From assembly GCF_009914755.1 (NCBI RefSeq), contig NC_060936.1: a DNA stretch of 64,000 nucleotides, one strand, 5' to 3'. The notes below the pieces were generated by a model. It saw only the letters and a list, made by a program, of their open reading frames with translations. It was not told where the DNA came from and searched no databases. A program made the position numbers and the translations under genes. The first letter of the stretch is position 1. Each line of letters opens with the position of its first letter. This DNA is from the human T2T-CHM13v2.0 reference genome, Homo sapiens. This document shows, one piece after another, positions 1-14,499 of this stretch.

Positions 1-199
1 TCATAAGATAATTTTAAATTCACCTCTGTTAGAGCATTTACCCTGTAGAATTATAGCTATCTCTGTATGTGTCATAAAATCCTAGCAAAATTTTAGGCTG
101 CAACTGCCACTTTCCTCTCTTTGTGACTCAGCTTGTCAGAATTACAAGTGCACATATTAGGCCATTTCTAAGGGTTCATTGTACTGAATACATGCTACC

Positions 200-370
200 T
201 AATTTAACTCACATAATAATCTTGTGAGGTATATAGTATAATTATCATTATGTTTAATAAATGAATTGAGTCTCATATAAGTTACTTATTTATTCTAGTT
301 TACTAATGTCCATGATAGAACTGAATTCTGAGTTCAAGCTCCGTGTTTCCAACTCGAAATCTACTAATCA
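200..370. mobile_element. MIR-like fragment (highly degraded)
   Basis: aataatcttgtgaggta...attatcattatgtttaataaatga resembles the MIR core; boundaries approximate. Confidence 0.4.
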
Positions 371-3179
371 TCACTATAGCACATTTATCATGCATTGCCT
401 TCACTGTTGTTAGCCTGACAAATAAGAAAATAATACAATAATCCTTAAATATCAGTAGTATCTCATACAATTTCATATAACTCATTCAATTGTAATCACA
501 ATTGAAAATGTCTATACAGCTTAATTAGTCTAACTCCCCATTCAATGGCCGTATTTTCTCTACAGTATTCCTAACCATAAGACTTTGTTTTGACCCTGCT
601 GTTTGTGTCCCCCATCCCTTAAAGCAATCCATGTATCATAGTAATTATTAATTCCTTAGAGTAGTTTACATATGCCATCCTAAAACTTGTATCCACCATT
701 CCGTTCTCCACCCTTCATGGCTGTATAAAATTTGTCCCCTCGGTCATTCATTGGCTAGCCCTCAAATATTTGAAAACAACTAATGTTGCCTTAAGTCCTC
801 TTTCTTTCAAGGAAAGCATCATTAGTTGCTTTTCTTTGCTCTTCTTCTTAGATTGGTTTCTAATCTTTACATCAAATATTTTCTGTTTGTGGACAAGATT
901 TTTAAGGAAATCTAAAACTATGAAACATACTGTCCTGTATGATCATAGTAATCTGTGAGGCTATTATTATCTTAGGTGTTATTACAAATCTCTTACTTTC
1001 CCTTCCCAAGATGAACAACACAGCAACATGAATAAAGAAAATTTTCCCTCTAGTAACTACAAGAGTTAGAGTAACTATGATTTACAGATGAAAACCTAGG
1101 GCCAGAGCCTTCCTGTAGGATATTAGACTTCCTTTTCAAGAGGTGGCCCCCTATATAATATTTTTAAATTATCTGCCCTCTTCCTTCAATTTTGTCACTG
1201 TGTTATGCCCTTTGAAAAGAGACAGTGAAGGAGTTATATTTGGAAATACGCCCCATATTTTTTCTGATCACTGGAATGCAGAGGTGATTATGAATTTTAT
1301 GAGTCGGTAGAGTTATTTTCATTAATTAATTCTACAATCTTAAAAATAGCTCTCACCATAAATCAACAGCTGAATGGTGGGAGTTGGACATAATGGAGAA
1401 AATATGGACTAAAGAGATTATGAATAGGTATTGTAGAGAATCCATATTTTAATTGGGTGTATTAAGTAAACTCTTGGATGGATTAAAATGTTAGGTTCTG
1501 GTTGGATGTGGTTTTCCCTTATGTTTCAGAAATGTGTCAACTCCCAATTTACAACAAAGGCCCAAATTCACAAAAAGAGAAAGACACCTCCTTCCCTACC
1601 TAGTAGAAGAAACTAATATTGCCTTCAGACCATCCATATGCCGTTATTTTTTTATATTGCTCAGACTATAATAGGCAGTGAACTTTCAATAATATATCAC
1701 CTGATCTTTTGGTGTCTATACGAGAAACCTGTAATCTTTCTCTGATAAAGAGAATAAGCCCATGAGCCAATATACCTGACAAATGTGTAAAGGCAGGGGC
1801 AGTGCCCAGGTGTCCCTGAGAAGTCTATATCTGCCACTACTTTCTCAGGGCCACAGAGGGTACATATCTCATGCAAGCAAACACTTGCACTCACATGTGT
1901 GCATGTTTACCCTCTGGATTAGCCCAACTCTCCATTCACCTTTAGTTTTGCCTCATATTTTGGGAGTTCAGATTAGAAAACTGATGTAATCCATCCACAT
2001 TTCTGGCATCTCTAAGCTTATATGGTATCAATGACCTCATGATTCTTTAGATTTATTTTTAATATGTGAGTATTTACTTTCAAGGGTTAATTAACCTTGG
2101 TGAAATCTTAAAATCTTCAGCTAAAGATATACTACATGACAGGCATACAATTTTGGAACTGCTTTGTTATGAACCTATACAACGTAAATTGGCAGTGGTC
2201 ACATATTAAAGTAGCTGCTTGAACAAACCTTAATGGCACAACTTCCATCTCAGGACTTATTAAGATCCGGTGGTTGCTTAAAGAGAAATTAGTTCGTTTG
2301 CTATAATTTGTTGAGGAAATCACCATACAATATGCCATTAGAGTGCACATATTTCTTATAGAATACCTGTGGTTAAGCTCTTCCTGTCATCGTAAACTGG
2401 AGAACGTACTGAAATTAGCTTGCATCATGAAAGCTTAGATGCAGCTGAAAATTCAGAGACAATTGTTTTATCTTAAAAGTTATTTTCACTTTTCCATTGC
2501 CACATTTAAAAGTTAAGGTTTATAGAGAGATATTCTCAAGTGATTATAGAACAAGTACAGGAATATAGAAGGATAAAAATATGTATTTCAAGTCATCAAT
2601 TCTAATTCTGCTTCTAAAAGTAGTCAGTGTGCAAAGCTGCAGTTGCTGAGGGATTACTTCAATGAAGCTGCATCGTCACCATCAACTACATTTTCAGGAT
2701 CCACAATCTCCATATATATACTTTATTTTTTAATGTTATAGAGGAAGAAAGTGTAATAATTTGGTGGGAACTTCCTCCTATGTTTGATATAAGAAGGTAG
2801 ACAAATTAGCATCTGCCCATGCTATGATGATCACAGGAACAATCTTGCAGCTGACAATGCCAATAAATTACTGTCCTTGAATAACGTCAAGCTTTAAATT
2901 TTTGATTACTGAAATTTCAGTAACAAATATTGCAATCCAAATTGAATTTCATAAGACTTTCGATTCATTCTACGATAGTAATATTCAGCTTCAGTCAATA
3001 ATGACGTTGATACTCAGACTTTCAGTGTTCGGCCAAATATTTATTTGGTGCATCTCTACTTTATATACATTTGCAGATTTTAAAATACTTTTTTCTGCTG
3101 TGTATCATCATAACTGATACACCTACACAAACATACACACAAAATCTTATGGAAGGCAAATGCAAACATACACACAAAG

Positions 3180-3333
3180 AACATATTATAGGAAAATGTG
3201 AAAAAAAGAAATCATTCAAAGTAGAGAGCATTACATAAGATGACAAAACTCAAACTAAACATATCTTCACTGTTATATGTAATGAAATAAAATTAATAAT
3301 TAAAGCGAAAGACTTATATTGGACAAGAAAAAA
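3180..3333 (+). mobile_element. Ancient L1M ORF2 5' (endonuclease start), left part
   Basis: Degenerate equivalent of the L1 EN N-terminus (..IKRQRL..WIKK), continued after the ERV at 6596. Confidence 0.5.
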
Positions 3334-3970
3334 TGTGTTGATGATTCTGTTAGCTCCACCCAAATCCTTTATCTGACTTTCAGTATTCTGTTCTGTGCTC
3401 CAGGAGATGAACCCCTAAGACTTTATCATTCAGGTTCCTCTGCCAGCTAGCTCGTAGTTGAATTGGATTAATGTAAGGCACTGGCAGTGGGTCAGATGGC
3501 AGGAGAGAGAGAAATCCTGATATCTATTCCCTGCTTTCTTCCTAATTCTTCATGAATGTAGTTTCTACCAGATAACTCTTCTCCACAGCACCAGCTCATC
3601 CTAGGCTTCAATAATGCAAATTATACACCTTGTCCCTTCAGGTCTAGGGACGGTAACAGCGTTTCACTGTTTCTGGTGTCTGAGTATTACAGCAACCTTT
3701 GCTGGGGTTTTAAATCCTGCTCTAACTGAGGTAAGTAGTCCATTCACCAAAGTCTCTATTGTGGACCATTGAAGCAGATTTCTTTTTCTTTTCATTCTTT
3801 CTTTTTTAATAATAGTGATGGGGTCTCCTATGTTGCCCAGGATGGTCTCAAACTCCTAGGCTCAAGCGATCTCCCACCTTGGCCTCCCAAAATGCTGGGA
3901 TTACAGGTGTGAGCCACAATACCAAGCCTGAAGCAGATTTCTGTTTTATACAAGGGTCCTAATTAATGTA
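3334..3970 (+). mobile_element. LTR33-like ERVL 5' LTR, interrupted by an Alu monomer
   Basis: Starts TGTG; contains ctgttctgtgctccaggag and cccttcaggtctagggacggtaacagc, typical of LTR33. Confidence 0.7.
3784..3928 (-). mobile_element. FLAM/Alu left monomer
   Basis: ctcccaaaatgctgggattacaggtgtgagccac; TSD tgaagcagatttct on both sides. Confidence 0.9.
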
Positions 3971-6100
3971 GAAGCTATTACAAAATGGGGTATGTAAAAA
4001 TATCTCTTTCTTAGGGAATAACAGGTAGCTATACCTTGTACTGCCTACCACACAGAAAGAGCAGAGTGACTGAGAGGTTTCTCTGGATTTTGGAAGTAAC
4101 ATGACTACAGTTGTGTGTATTCAAACCTATTACAGTCTAACTCACAAGTCTACCCATTTAGAAAAAAGAGCTCTTTGCAGCAGGTTCAGTCTGTGCTGTA
4201 GGCTCCTCTACTGCGTGGATATTTTGACTCCATAGATCTAAGTATCTGGCTTAGAGTAATGCTGTTTGAAGCTTCTAAGTAACCCCAAGAAGACAATCAC
4301 AGTTCACTTAACTAATGATTTTGGAACAAAACTGTGTCCCCTTCCACCAAACATTTTTTATCTATTTAAGAAGTCAGGCTTGTCACCATGTATCTATGTG
4401 ATTTGAAGTGTTCACCATCAACTGGTTGTTATCCAAGTTATCAAATCTTAAAACTGTGCTTGAAAATTAGCAGGTTATTATAAGATGGAATTGATATGGG
4501 TGACATTAAGGCTGAACAGGAAGGGGAGTCACAAGTATATTGAATGAGCAGGTGGTTCAGACCTTTATTAGCTATTCCTGCTTAGTTATCAAATTTTCCT
4601 CAATTCTCATTCATATTCAACAGGGGAACCCCCTAAAGAGAAGGTGCTCAACAATCAGGTAGATTAGGTGTCTGATCTTTCCTGTGGATGTCTATCAAGC
4701 TTTCTCCCAGTGATACTGGTGCTTACTTAGTGGAACCATGCAAAAAATAATCATAGTTGCATGGATGGTAAATATGCTTGAACTCAACACAATGGACTAC
4801 CCTTTAGCAACCCTGATCTGTCTACTATCACTGAGTGTCCAACTTGTCAATACCAAGGGCCAATGTGTTCCTGATATGGCACCATTTCATAAGGACACCG
4901 ACCAGGCACCTGGTGCCAGGGTGATTACACTGAATCCTTTATATTGTGGAGTAAGCAACCATTTGTCCACATAAAACCAAATACACATTCTAGAAATGGG
5001 CTTCTCTTCTCTGCCCTCTATGCTTCTACCAGTGTCACCATATGTCACCTTATAGAATGCCTTATTCATTGCCATAACATCCCATACTACATTGCCTTTG
5101 ACAAAGAAACTCATTTTATAGCAAAACAATTGTTACAAAAGATCCATGCCCATGAAATTCATGTTTCCCCACATGTCCCATCACCAGTAAGCAGCTAGCC
5201 TGATAGAATGATGGAATGGCTTCCTAAAGGCTCAGTTTCAATGCCAGATGTGACACAATATTGTTTGAAATTGTGGTGCTGGCCTAACAGATTAAACTAT
5301 TAGCCAATACATAAGCCATATTTCCAAAAGCCAGAACACGTAGGATCAGGAAATAAGAAGTAGAATTATTTTACCTAATATTCTATTTACAGAATTTTAT
5401 TTCCCTTCCTGGAAACTCGTATTTAGTAGCTTTGGAGGTTCTCTTTTCCAAGGAAGGAACATTTATTTCTAGAAATATGGCTATGTTTCCATTAAATTTG
5501 GACCTGAAATTGCACCCTTGCTATTTTTAGCTCCTAATGCCATTGACATAACTGGCAATAAAGAGTTTATACTGAATGGATTGATTAATTCTGATTAACA
5601 AAGGAAAATTAGGCAAGTAGGCCTAGTTGGAATCCAGGAGATCTGCTGTGGAGCCTTTTAGCACTTATATGTCCCATAAAGAGCCACCAAATAAAGACAG
5701 TATCACTAGGGACTTTGATCCTATGAAATGAAGATTTGGGTCATCCCATGAGACAATAATTCCTGTACTATGGAAGTAGTAAAGTTTGCTTGAAAATGGA
5801 ATGGATAATAGAAAAAGGAAATTATGATGATAAAATTTAGCCTCGTGACCAAAAGTGAGAACAGTAGTAGCTAATTTACATATTTATGTTAACTGAATAT
5901 TTCTTTCCCCTCACTCTCCTTGCTATCTCATATAAAGAGTACTGATAATGGGTGACATTAAAATTTATAATCCAGTTGGGAGTAAGACTGAATTGCTGAC
6001 ACCCTGCCACAATTTAAATTATGCTAAGACTGCGGTATCCCTGTACTGGAGATCCAATTTTCTTAATCTAAGCAAGAGGCAAGAATGAATGCGAAGTCGG
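3971..6100 (+). mobile_element. ERVL-class internal remnant (pol/integrase), degenerate
   Basis: ORF 4944-5198 (..LIECLIHCHNIPYYIAFDKETHFIAK..HAHEIH) and the following LIE*WNGFLK match the HERVL-type integrase core (LTECLIHRHGIPHSIASDQGTHFTA..GLIERWNGLLK). Confidence 0.85.
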
Positions 6101-6104
6101 AGTA

Positions 6105-6595
6105 ATGTTCTGGTAAGTTTCTATTGACTTCATGGATTTATTTTCTCCCCTTGTCTAACTTGCTCTGTGCTCATGGATGCAGAGTCATGCAGTCAACATC
6201 ATCCAGATTCCTTTGTGGCCTGAATTTCAGCAGAAGGCACTCAGTGGGAGGCCCCTGTAGGGTTCAAGTTAGGTGGAGAGGAGAATGGGTTATTTCTTCT
6301 CTGATTCCCTCTGCTTTGGTTCTGTGCTTCTGCCAGGGGCTGAATCTCTCCATAACTAGAACTCCTGCTATGTGACCTTTCCTTGCAGCTCCAGAACTCA
6401 CTTAGCTCTGGTAATGCTATCTTTTCTCTTGTCCCTTTATGGCTTCCTGTGGTTGGTGTCTTTGTTCCTCTGCATCTCTCTTTCTCTCTTATTTTTTTAA
6501 CCCTTGCTTCATCTCCATAAACTGACTCTTTAGGTTCTTGACAGTGGAAACTCTGAGAGGAATCATGATTCCTTCCAGGATTACATTCAGTAACA
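6105..6595 (+). mobile_element. LTR33-like 3' LTR
   Basis: TGT...AACA ends; ttgctctgtgctcatgga, cttttctcttgtcccttta and taacccttgc parallel the 5' LTR. Confidence 0.6.
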
Positions 6596-7130
6596 AAGCC
6601 AATGATTTATTGCATACAAGCAGCAACTCTAATAAAAATTAACTCAAATGTTTGAAAGTGAAGCTTTGGGCAAAAGAATTACAGGCAAATGGATATAAAA
6701 AAAAGCAAAGATCACTATATTTAGAACAAATAGGTTTTATTCATGGTTGGTAAAAAATATGAAGTAGGACAAAGGCTCTTTGTATCAATAAAAAGGTCAC
6801 TATAAATAAGTAACTGTCATAAATATTTATTAAATATGTATGCAAAATTCAGAAAGCAAAAACTTCAGAAGCATTTTTTAAAATACAATTTATAATGCCA
6901 TTTTTTCAGCTGATGGAAGATCAAGTGAAAAAACATAAGTGAGATTTAGGAGACATAAACAATTAATGGAGGATAACTAATATGTGTATATTTATTCAAA
7001 TACTCATGGAATAATAGCCAAAGTGGACAAAAGTATTGGGCCTCAATGAAAACCTTAGCATATTCCAAAAAGGAAAAATAGTGTATAATTTAGTCCGTGA
7101 TGACAATGTAATAAAACTGGAAATTATTTC
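6596..7130 (+). mobile_element. Ancient L1M ORF2 endonuclease domain, right part
   Basis: Degenerate PMIYCIQ..LKVKLWAKELQANG corresponds to L1 EN PTICCLQE..LKVKGWKKIYQANG. Confidence 0.65.
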
Positions 7131-10100
7131 TGGGAAGTGATATTGCCTGCAATTGTTAATTTCTACATTTTTAAAAATAATTATTCTATTATTTTTTCAG
7201 TAAACATTGTACTTTTTTATAGGTAAAATATCAAAATACTCAAATATGTACAAAAAGTTCATAATATATAATTTTAAAAATACCATACAAATATCAAACT
7301 TAGAAGAAGCATAAACAATTGTAGCTGTTCTAATAGCCTTCAATGAGTTCAGAATTTTATAATTAGATATTAAAAGGAAGGTAAGAAGTACATGTGTAGT
7401 AACTGGACAGACAGTGCACAGCCACAAGTTGGGTATAGCCCTATAAATTGTCTGTTTTAAAATATACATATACAGTAATTTGCTATTCAGAAATGTTGAA
7501 TCATTTAAACATAACTTTATTATTACAGAAACAGTATATGTGCATCAGAGAAAAATTTTTAAATGGAGAGGAGCAAAATGTGTTGAAATAGTCCTATAAA
7601 CAAGAAACCACCATTGTTAGTACCTTTGCCTCTAGCCTTACATATTATTTTTCATCAAATATACATTTTGTAACCTCTTTTTCAGTCAATAATTTTCACA
7701 TTTTTATTTTCATGCATTTTCATTATATATAATATCCATGCTGTATTTAGATGTCTTTAATTAATTAAATATTTTTCTTTAGGGCTGATTTCTTTAAACC
7801 AGTCTCAGTGCAGTCCTGCACATTATATCTAATTGTCCACCCCTTAATTTTTTTTTACATTTAGAATTACCCCCTCTTTTTAAATGGTACTGACTTGTTG
7901 AAGGAAAGAGGCCAATTGACCTACAAAATGGCATACCTTAAGGCTTTGCTTGATTGCTTTCTGTGTCTAAATTTACATCTGATGCCTTAATGGCTGCCAG
8001 TTAAACACGCTTGACTAGAATAAATCACAGGTGAAATTTTGTACCTCATGTTGTACTACATCAGAAAATTTGTAATGTCAGGTTGACCCACAGTTGAGAC
8101 AGTAAGAGTGATCATTGGTTTGTGTGATATCTGATATCTGATACTGATGTCATCCTTCAGTTAGATTGCCACTTTTGCAAGTATAGGATGCTATGAAGGT
8201 CTACTTCCCCATAAGCCTTCACTTAATGAATTTTAGCAGCAATGTTTCTCTTTCATTAGCTTCCACTGAAATATAATATAATTGAATTGTGCAAATCATA
8301 ACTGTATAGCTCAAGGAATTAGTTCAGAGTGAACACACCCATGAAACTATCAACCTGGTTCAAGAAACACTCAAAGGACACATAGGAGGCTCCTCATGCC
8401 CTAACCATATTATTTCCCTCTCTCTTCTCCCAAAATGTAACCACTGTTCTGATGTCAAATGGCAAAGAATAATTTACCCCCTATAAATAGACTAATACAG
8501 AATGTGTTTGTATTTGTTCCTCTTGCTCAAAATTATGATCAAGATTCACAGATGTTATTGTGTGTATCTTAATCATATTCATTTTGATAGATGTAAAGTG
8601 GTGCAATCTATTCATCCACCACTATTTATTCTTTCCTGTCTTGCTAGACATTGCTTTCCTTCTGTGGCTAAGTGATCCATTTGTGAACATTGTTATAAGC
8701 TTCTATTACTGCATATATGCATACAGTTCTGTTGAATGCATACCCAGAAATGAAATTATTGGATCATACAGGATGCATGTATTCAAATGTTGTGGATAAT
8801 ATGAAACCTGTTTCCAAAGTGGTTGTTCAAAATTCATCCTGATAGCATAAGAGATTTCCAGTTGCTTCAAAACCACATCAACACTTTAAATTATTTTCTA
8901 TCTTTTAACTTTTCTGGTAAATGTATAGTATTTCTCCCAATGGACTTAATTGTTATTTAAGGACAAGTGAGATTGGACGTCTTTTAAAACGTTTATTAGA
9001 TATTTGTATAATCTCTTTTGTAAACTGCTTTTTCAAAATATCGCCCATTTTCCTATTGGGTGGCCTCTCTTCTTATTGTTCGAATTTTTATGTATTCTGC
9101 ATATAAGCCATTTGTCAATTATATAAACCACAAATAATCTAGTTTCACTTGCTTTTGCTCTCTTATTGGTGCCTTTTTAGAGACGAAAACACTTTTTAAT
9201 TTTAATACAGTTCAAATCATTAATGTTTTTCATATCCTGCTTAAGAAATCTTTGCCTTCCCAGGCCCTGAAGATATTCTTTATTATCTTATACGATTATT
9301 GCTTTTCCATTCCCATTTAGATCTACATGAATGAAATGGTTTTGTGAAGGAAGGGAGGTAAAAATCTGGATTTCTTTTTCCATACCGATACAAGATTCTA
9401 TACTCTTATATTGGTCTATCTATGCTTGTGATATTTACCTTTCTTCATTACTATGGTTTATATTATAGCCTTGATATCTGGGACTGTAAGTACTTTGTTC
9501 ATTTTTGAGATGTTAGCTGTTCTTAGCCTTTTGCATTGTCATCTAAATTCTAGGATTCACATGTCAATTTTTGAAGATAAAGAAGCCTCTTGGAACTATG
9601 ATTGATACTGTAATCAACAGATGAATTTAGGAAAATGGACATCTTTATAAATTTAAGTTTTAAATTTATGAACACATTCTAGCTCTTGATTTATTTAGGT
9701 TTCATTCAATATTACCCAATAAAGTTATATAGTTCTGTAGAGATTTTGCATATATTTGATTAAATTTATCTCAAGTATTTGATGTTTTGATGCTGTTCAA
9801 AGGGGTGTCTTTTTTATATTTTAATCTCCTATTTATTGTACAAAGAAATACACTTTTTAAAATATTGATCTTAGAAACCACACAAAACTGTGATATTAAT
9901 TCTAATAATTAAGTAGAAAATTATCTTTGACATTTCATAAACACAAATGTATAGTGTGAAAATGGGAGTGGCATTTTACCTTTCTGGTCTTTAGTCTTTA
10001 CTCCATGCCGTCTCGCACTGGCTATGAATGGATTAGAATAAAGTGGGATGGAGTAATGAGAATAAGTAATCTATCCTCATATTTTATCTTGCAGACAAGA

Positions 10101-10504
10101 TGTTTAACATTTCACATTATGAAGGATTTTGCTGCAGATTTTTTTCTTTTTTTTTTTGAAGATTATGTTTATCAATTAAAATGCTACAGTTTGCTGAGGT
10201 TTTCAATTCTAAAAAATACTATTATCAGAGATTTTAGACAATCATCTGATTTTTCTTTTTATTCAGTAGTACATTGCACTAACAGACTTTTAAATGTTTT
10301 TGGCAAATTTGAGCAGAAGGAGGATAACCTTTCAAACACAAAAGTTGCAAGAAAAGTATAAGAAACCACAAAATATTTTACTAAGATTTTCAGATTCACC
10401 AGTTGTTTATGTTTTGCTCCATTTATTTATGATTTTTCCTCCTCTCTTATTATTCTCTTTTTTAAATTATTTAAGACTAATATGTCAAATTTGCCCTTCT
10501 ACCC

Positions 10505-10848
10505 TGTTAGGATTTGGCTGTGTCCAAACCCACATCTAATCTTGAATTCCCACATGTATGGGAGGGACCCAGTAGGAGGTAATTGAATCATGGGTGCACG
10601 TCTTTCCCCTGCTATTCTCATGATAGCAAAGAAGTCTGAAAAGATCTGATGATTTTGTACAGGGGAATTTCCCTGCACAAGCTCTCTTCTCTTGTCTGCC
10701 ACCATGCGAGACATGGCTTTCACCTTCTGCAGTGATTGTGAGGCTTCCCTAGCCACATGGAACTGTGAGTCTATTAAACATCTTTTCTTTTGTAAATTGC
10801 CTAGTCTTGGGTTTATCTTTATCAGCAGCATGAAAACGGACTCATACA
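10505..10848 (+). mobile_element. THE1 (MaLR) solo LTR
   Basis: TG..ttggctgtgtcc..gccacatggaactgtgagtc..ggactcataCA; perfect 5-bp TSD TACCC. Confidence 0.93.
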
Positions 10849-11479
10849 TACCCCCAAATGAATCAATTTGACCTTCTAAAAAAAGGACATCTCCCTATAA
10901 CCAAAGTATAATTATCAAAATCAAAAAAGTTTACTCATCATTGATTTTTTAATGTTAAAACATCCTTACATTTCGGGAATTAAAGGAAGTTTGTTAGTCT
11001 ACATTAAACTTTTAAAATATGCTACTGAATTTGTTTAAAAAATATTTGCATAAGATTTTTACTTCAATTTGTGTATGGAACCTGGATTGTGTTTTTCTTT
11101 CATGTACTGCCCTGTAAGATTTCTTATCAAGATAATGTGGCCGTCATAAAATGTGTTGGGAAGGGTTTCTGCAATTACAGAAACTAAATGTTATAGAACT
11201 CTAAGTGTTATAAAAGAATTACTATTCCATTATTAAACCTTTAGAAGAACTTGCAGGCAAATCCTGGCATGGACTATTCCAAAACTGAATATGTTAAATA
11301 TTTAATTTTATTAATGTTAATCAGATTACTCATATTTTGTTTTTTTCCAGTGTCTGCTTTAGTAAGTAGTATTTTTCTTAGAATCTGTCCATTTTTTTCT
11401 AAATTTTCAAATTGTTGCCAAAATTTGTTCATAATATCCTTAAATAAATTTAAAAAAATCACATGTATTGATGTATAAT

Positions 11480-11588
11480 TTACATTCATTAGAATTTACT
11501 CTTCTTAGACATCCAGTTTGATGATTATTGATAAATTACATTCATTAGAATTTACCCTTCTTAGATATACAGTTTGATGATTATTGAT
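11480..11588 (+). repeat. 56-bp tandem duplication within an L1 3' end
   Basis: ttacattcattagaattta..cttcttaga..cagtttgatgattattgat at 11480 and 11536. Confidence 0.9.
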
Positions 11589-13599
11589 TAATGTATATAA
11601 TCATACAACTACCACTGCAATCGATATACAGAATACTCCCATCACCCCCATAAATTCCATTTCCTTTGTATTAAGTCTCCAACCCCTACTTATATACCCT
11701 GGCAACCACTGATCTGATTTGTCTCTATACTTTTGCCTTTACCAGAATATCACATAAATGGAATTAAACAGTGTATTGCCTTTCATGTCTTTTGCAAAAT
11801 TATGTTCTTTCATTGATTTTGTTTCTTCTTTTTAAATTGCTAATATTAACCTCCTATCTCTATATAGAAAACTTTGTTTATCACTTGCTGATTGATGTAC
11901 ATTTGAGTTGTTTCTAGGTTTAAGGTATTGTGAATAATTTGCATATAGGGATTTACATGAACTTCCCTTGCTCCATTTTTTGGGGGTAAATTCTTAACAG
12001 AGGACTTTCTGGGTTGTATGTAAGAGAATATTTAAAATGATAAGAAACTGCCAAACTTTTTTCCAAAGTTGCTGTATCATTTTGCATCCCCACTAGCAAA
12101 CTGAGAGTTTTGTGGTCCACATCCTCACTATCACTTGATACATTCAGTTGTCTATAATTTTTAAATTTTAGCCAATTTAGTTATATGGGTAGGGGCATCT
12201 CATTGTGGATTTAATTTACATTTTTCCAGTGAATAACAATGTTGATCATTTCATATGCTTACTGGCCACTTGCATATCTTCTTTGGTGAAGTGTTTGCTC
12301 AATGTTTCCCTACTTTAAAATTTTAAAGATTTAAAATTATTTTATATTCTGCTAATATTTTACAACTGAAGTTCACAAAACACTGAAAGGGTTAATTCAG
12401 ACACACTCTCAGAAACTGCAGTCTCTGATAATCTATATATATTACTTACCAATAATTGGTACAGAGTTGTGATTATTGATTAAGAATCCTGAGAAAGAAC
12501 TAGGACAAAGCACTTCTGAGCCTTTAGATAACTTATTTTCTTGGACTGGATTTGCCGAAGCAAAACTGATCTTTGGCTGTATGTTTTTGGTCATATGTCA
12601 AAGAATAATATCTTTAGGAGATAATTCCAAATATCCAGAAAAATGCTTATCTCAAAGTCTACTTCTGAACCTTTAAACTTGACCCAACCTCCCACATATC
12701 TTTTCCAGGCAATTACTTTGGCTTTCTCTAATTCATTCTATAGTCAGGATCTTAACCTTTTTTTTTTTTTTCCTTTTCCCCAGCTTTCTTGAACTAATAG
12801 TATCTGTGAAACATGTTCTTGGAAAGCAAAGCAAACAAACCAACACACAGTTAACAAAAAGTTAACAATTTGATGAACAATATCATGGCAAATGTTAGAA
12901 TACCATACCAGTAGTATGCTTCTGTTGTTTGTTTGCAGATCTAATGAAATCATAACATACGACTCTCAGAAAACAGCAATGTAAAGATGGCTTCTTAAAG
13001 ATGTCCTAGACTTAACAGCAATAAGGTTCTAGGTAGGAGACTGGGTCCAATTGCTTTTTAATTTTTAATCCAATAAGATTTTATCTTTATTAGAAGGAAT
13101 ATTTTTTAAATGGTAGTTAAAAACAGGTAAGAAATAAGTGATTATTACACAACAGTGCAGTCTACAGTATGTGATAAACAACTCTCTCTTTTGACTTAAC
13201 AGTCTGAATTAAAATACTATTTCATTAATCAATATGATATTTAAATCACCAAGTTAAAAATGATCACTGTGTGTTAAAATTTTCTCTGATGACACTTCAC
13301 TATGCAGAATATGGTAATTACTTTGAGAAATCAGCTATTCCAAGGTAACTGGGCAGTTACAATATTTTATCAGGTAAATTACCAGTCACCATCAACATTC
13401 ATCACAGACTCATTTGGATTTGCTTACAGATTGACATTTACTTATTTGCCCAACTTTTAAAGTTACAACTGTTACATGATTGCCCCAGGGTGCAACTGTA
13501 GAAAATTAGCACACTAATTACATTAATTATCATAAATAAAAGGTTATCAAAGAGTAGCATGTAATAACATAGCATTTTTTAAAAGCAACTTAGGGCATC

Positions 13600-13830
13600 A
13601 CTATAATACCTTACATTTAGGTATTACATTGAAATTTTCAAGACTGCTTTACCTCTATAGTTTTAATCTTTAACACCTCAGCTATAGGAATGTTATTATT
13701 AATGCCATTTCAGAAATGAAGAAGCCACAGCCAAACAGCTGTATGATTGCCCTAAGATCATATACAGCTGGAACATTTTAAGGTCAAGTCAAAAACCACA
13801 TTTCCTAAACTTCCAACATTCCATTTTTTG
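13600..13830. mobile_element. MIR fragment
   Basis: ttattattaatgccatttcagaaatgaagaagc..tgattgccctaagatcata MIR core. Confidence 0.55.
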
Positions 13831-13899
13831 CCCCTATATTTTTCTGCCTTTTAGGGATGAAAAATAAAATATTTATCTTTTATGCGCCAATGTATCAAT

Positions 13900-14420
13900 A
13901 CTTTAAGTGAACTAAAGATCCAAAAGTGAGTCTGATCTGCTTGCTTCTTCCCACCTCTATTGCTACCGACCTAGTCAAGCAAACATCATCTTTCCTCTCA
14001 TGTACCTGTAACAACTCCCTTCCTTCTTGCCCCATAAAAATCCATATTATACAGAGAAAGTCAACTGAGTTTTAAAATATAAATGAGATCATGCCATTTT
14101 TTTTTTGCTTAAAATGATCTGTGGATTCTCAACATACTAGAATAAAATCTAAATCACCAAGTCCTATAAAATTCATGTAATCTGAACCCCTCTCCCATTT
14201 CATCTCCTATCACTCTGTATCTCCTCATTATTCTGCTTTTTTTTTTGTCTGATTGTTGAGCCTATTGCCAAGATTGAGCCTGCCTCTGAGTCTTTGTTCT
14301 TCTATTTTACTCTGTTTGTAATGTTCTACCCCCAAGTTTCTGCAGAACTGGTTTCAAATTCCTACTCCTCAAAGAGATTTTCTTAAATAACTGAACCTAA
14401 ACTGACCTTTCCTCTTTCTC
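13900..14420. mobile_element. L2 3' fragment
   Basis: ttttaaaatataaatgagatcatgcca..agaataaaatctaaa..tactcctcaaagaga typical of L2. Confidence 0.6.
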
Positions 14421-14499
14421 CTTCTTTCTTACAGCCTATCCTCTAGTCATTCCTTATCACATTCTATTTTATTTTTATGCCATTTTTCTTTGCTTTCAG

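Larger units (their letters stand above)
7500..12320 (-). mobile_element. Nested old L1M (L1ME/L1MC/L1MD-type) fragments
   Basis: Reverse L1 3' motifs (ctggcaaccactgatctg, aaactgccaaactttttttccaaagt-like, gcatctcattgtggatttaattt); subfamilies not resolved. Confidence 0.7.

Noticed and set aside
4738-5198. Domesticated integrase gene
   Set aside because: Fragmented by stops and frameshifts; the first catalytic Asp motif is degenerate
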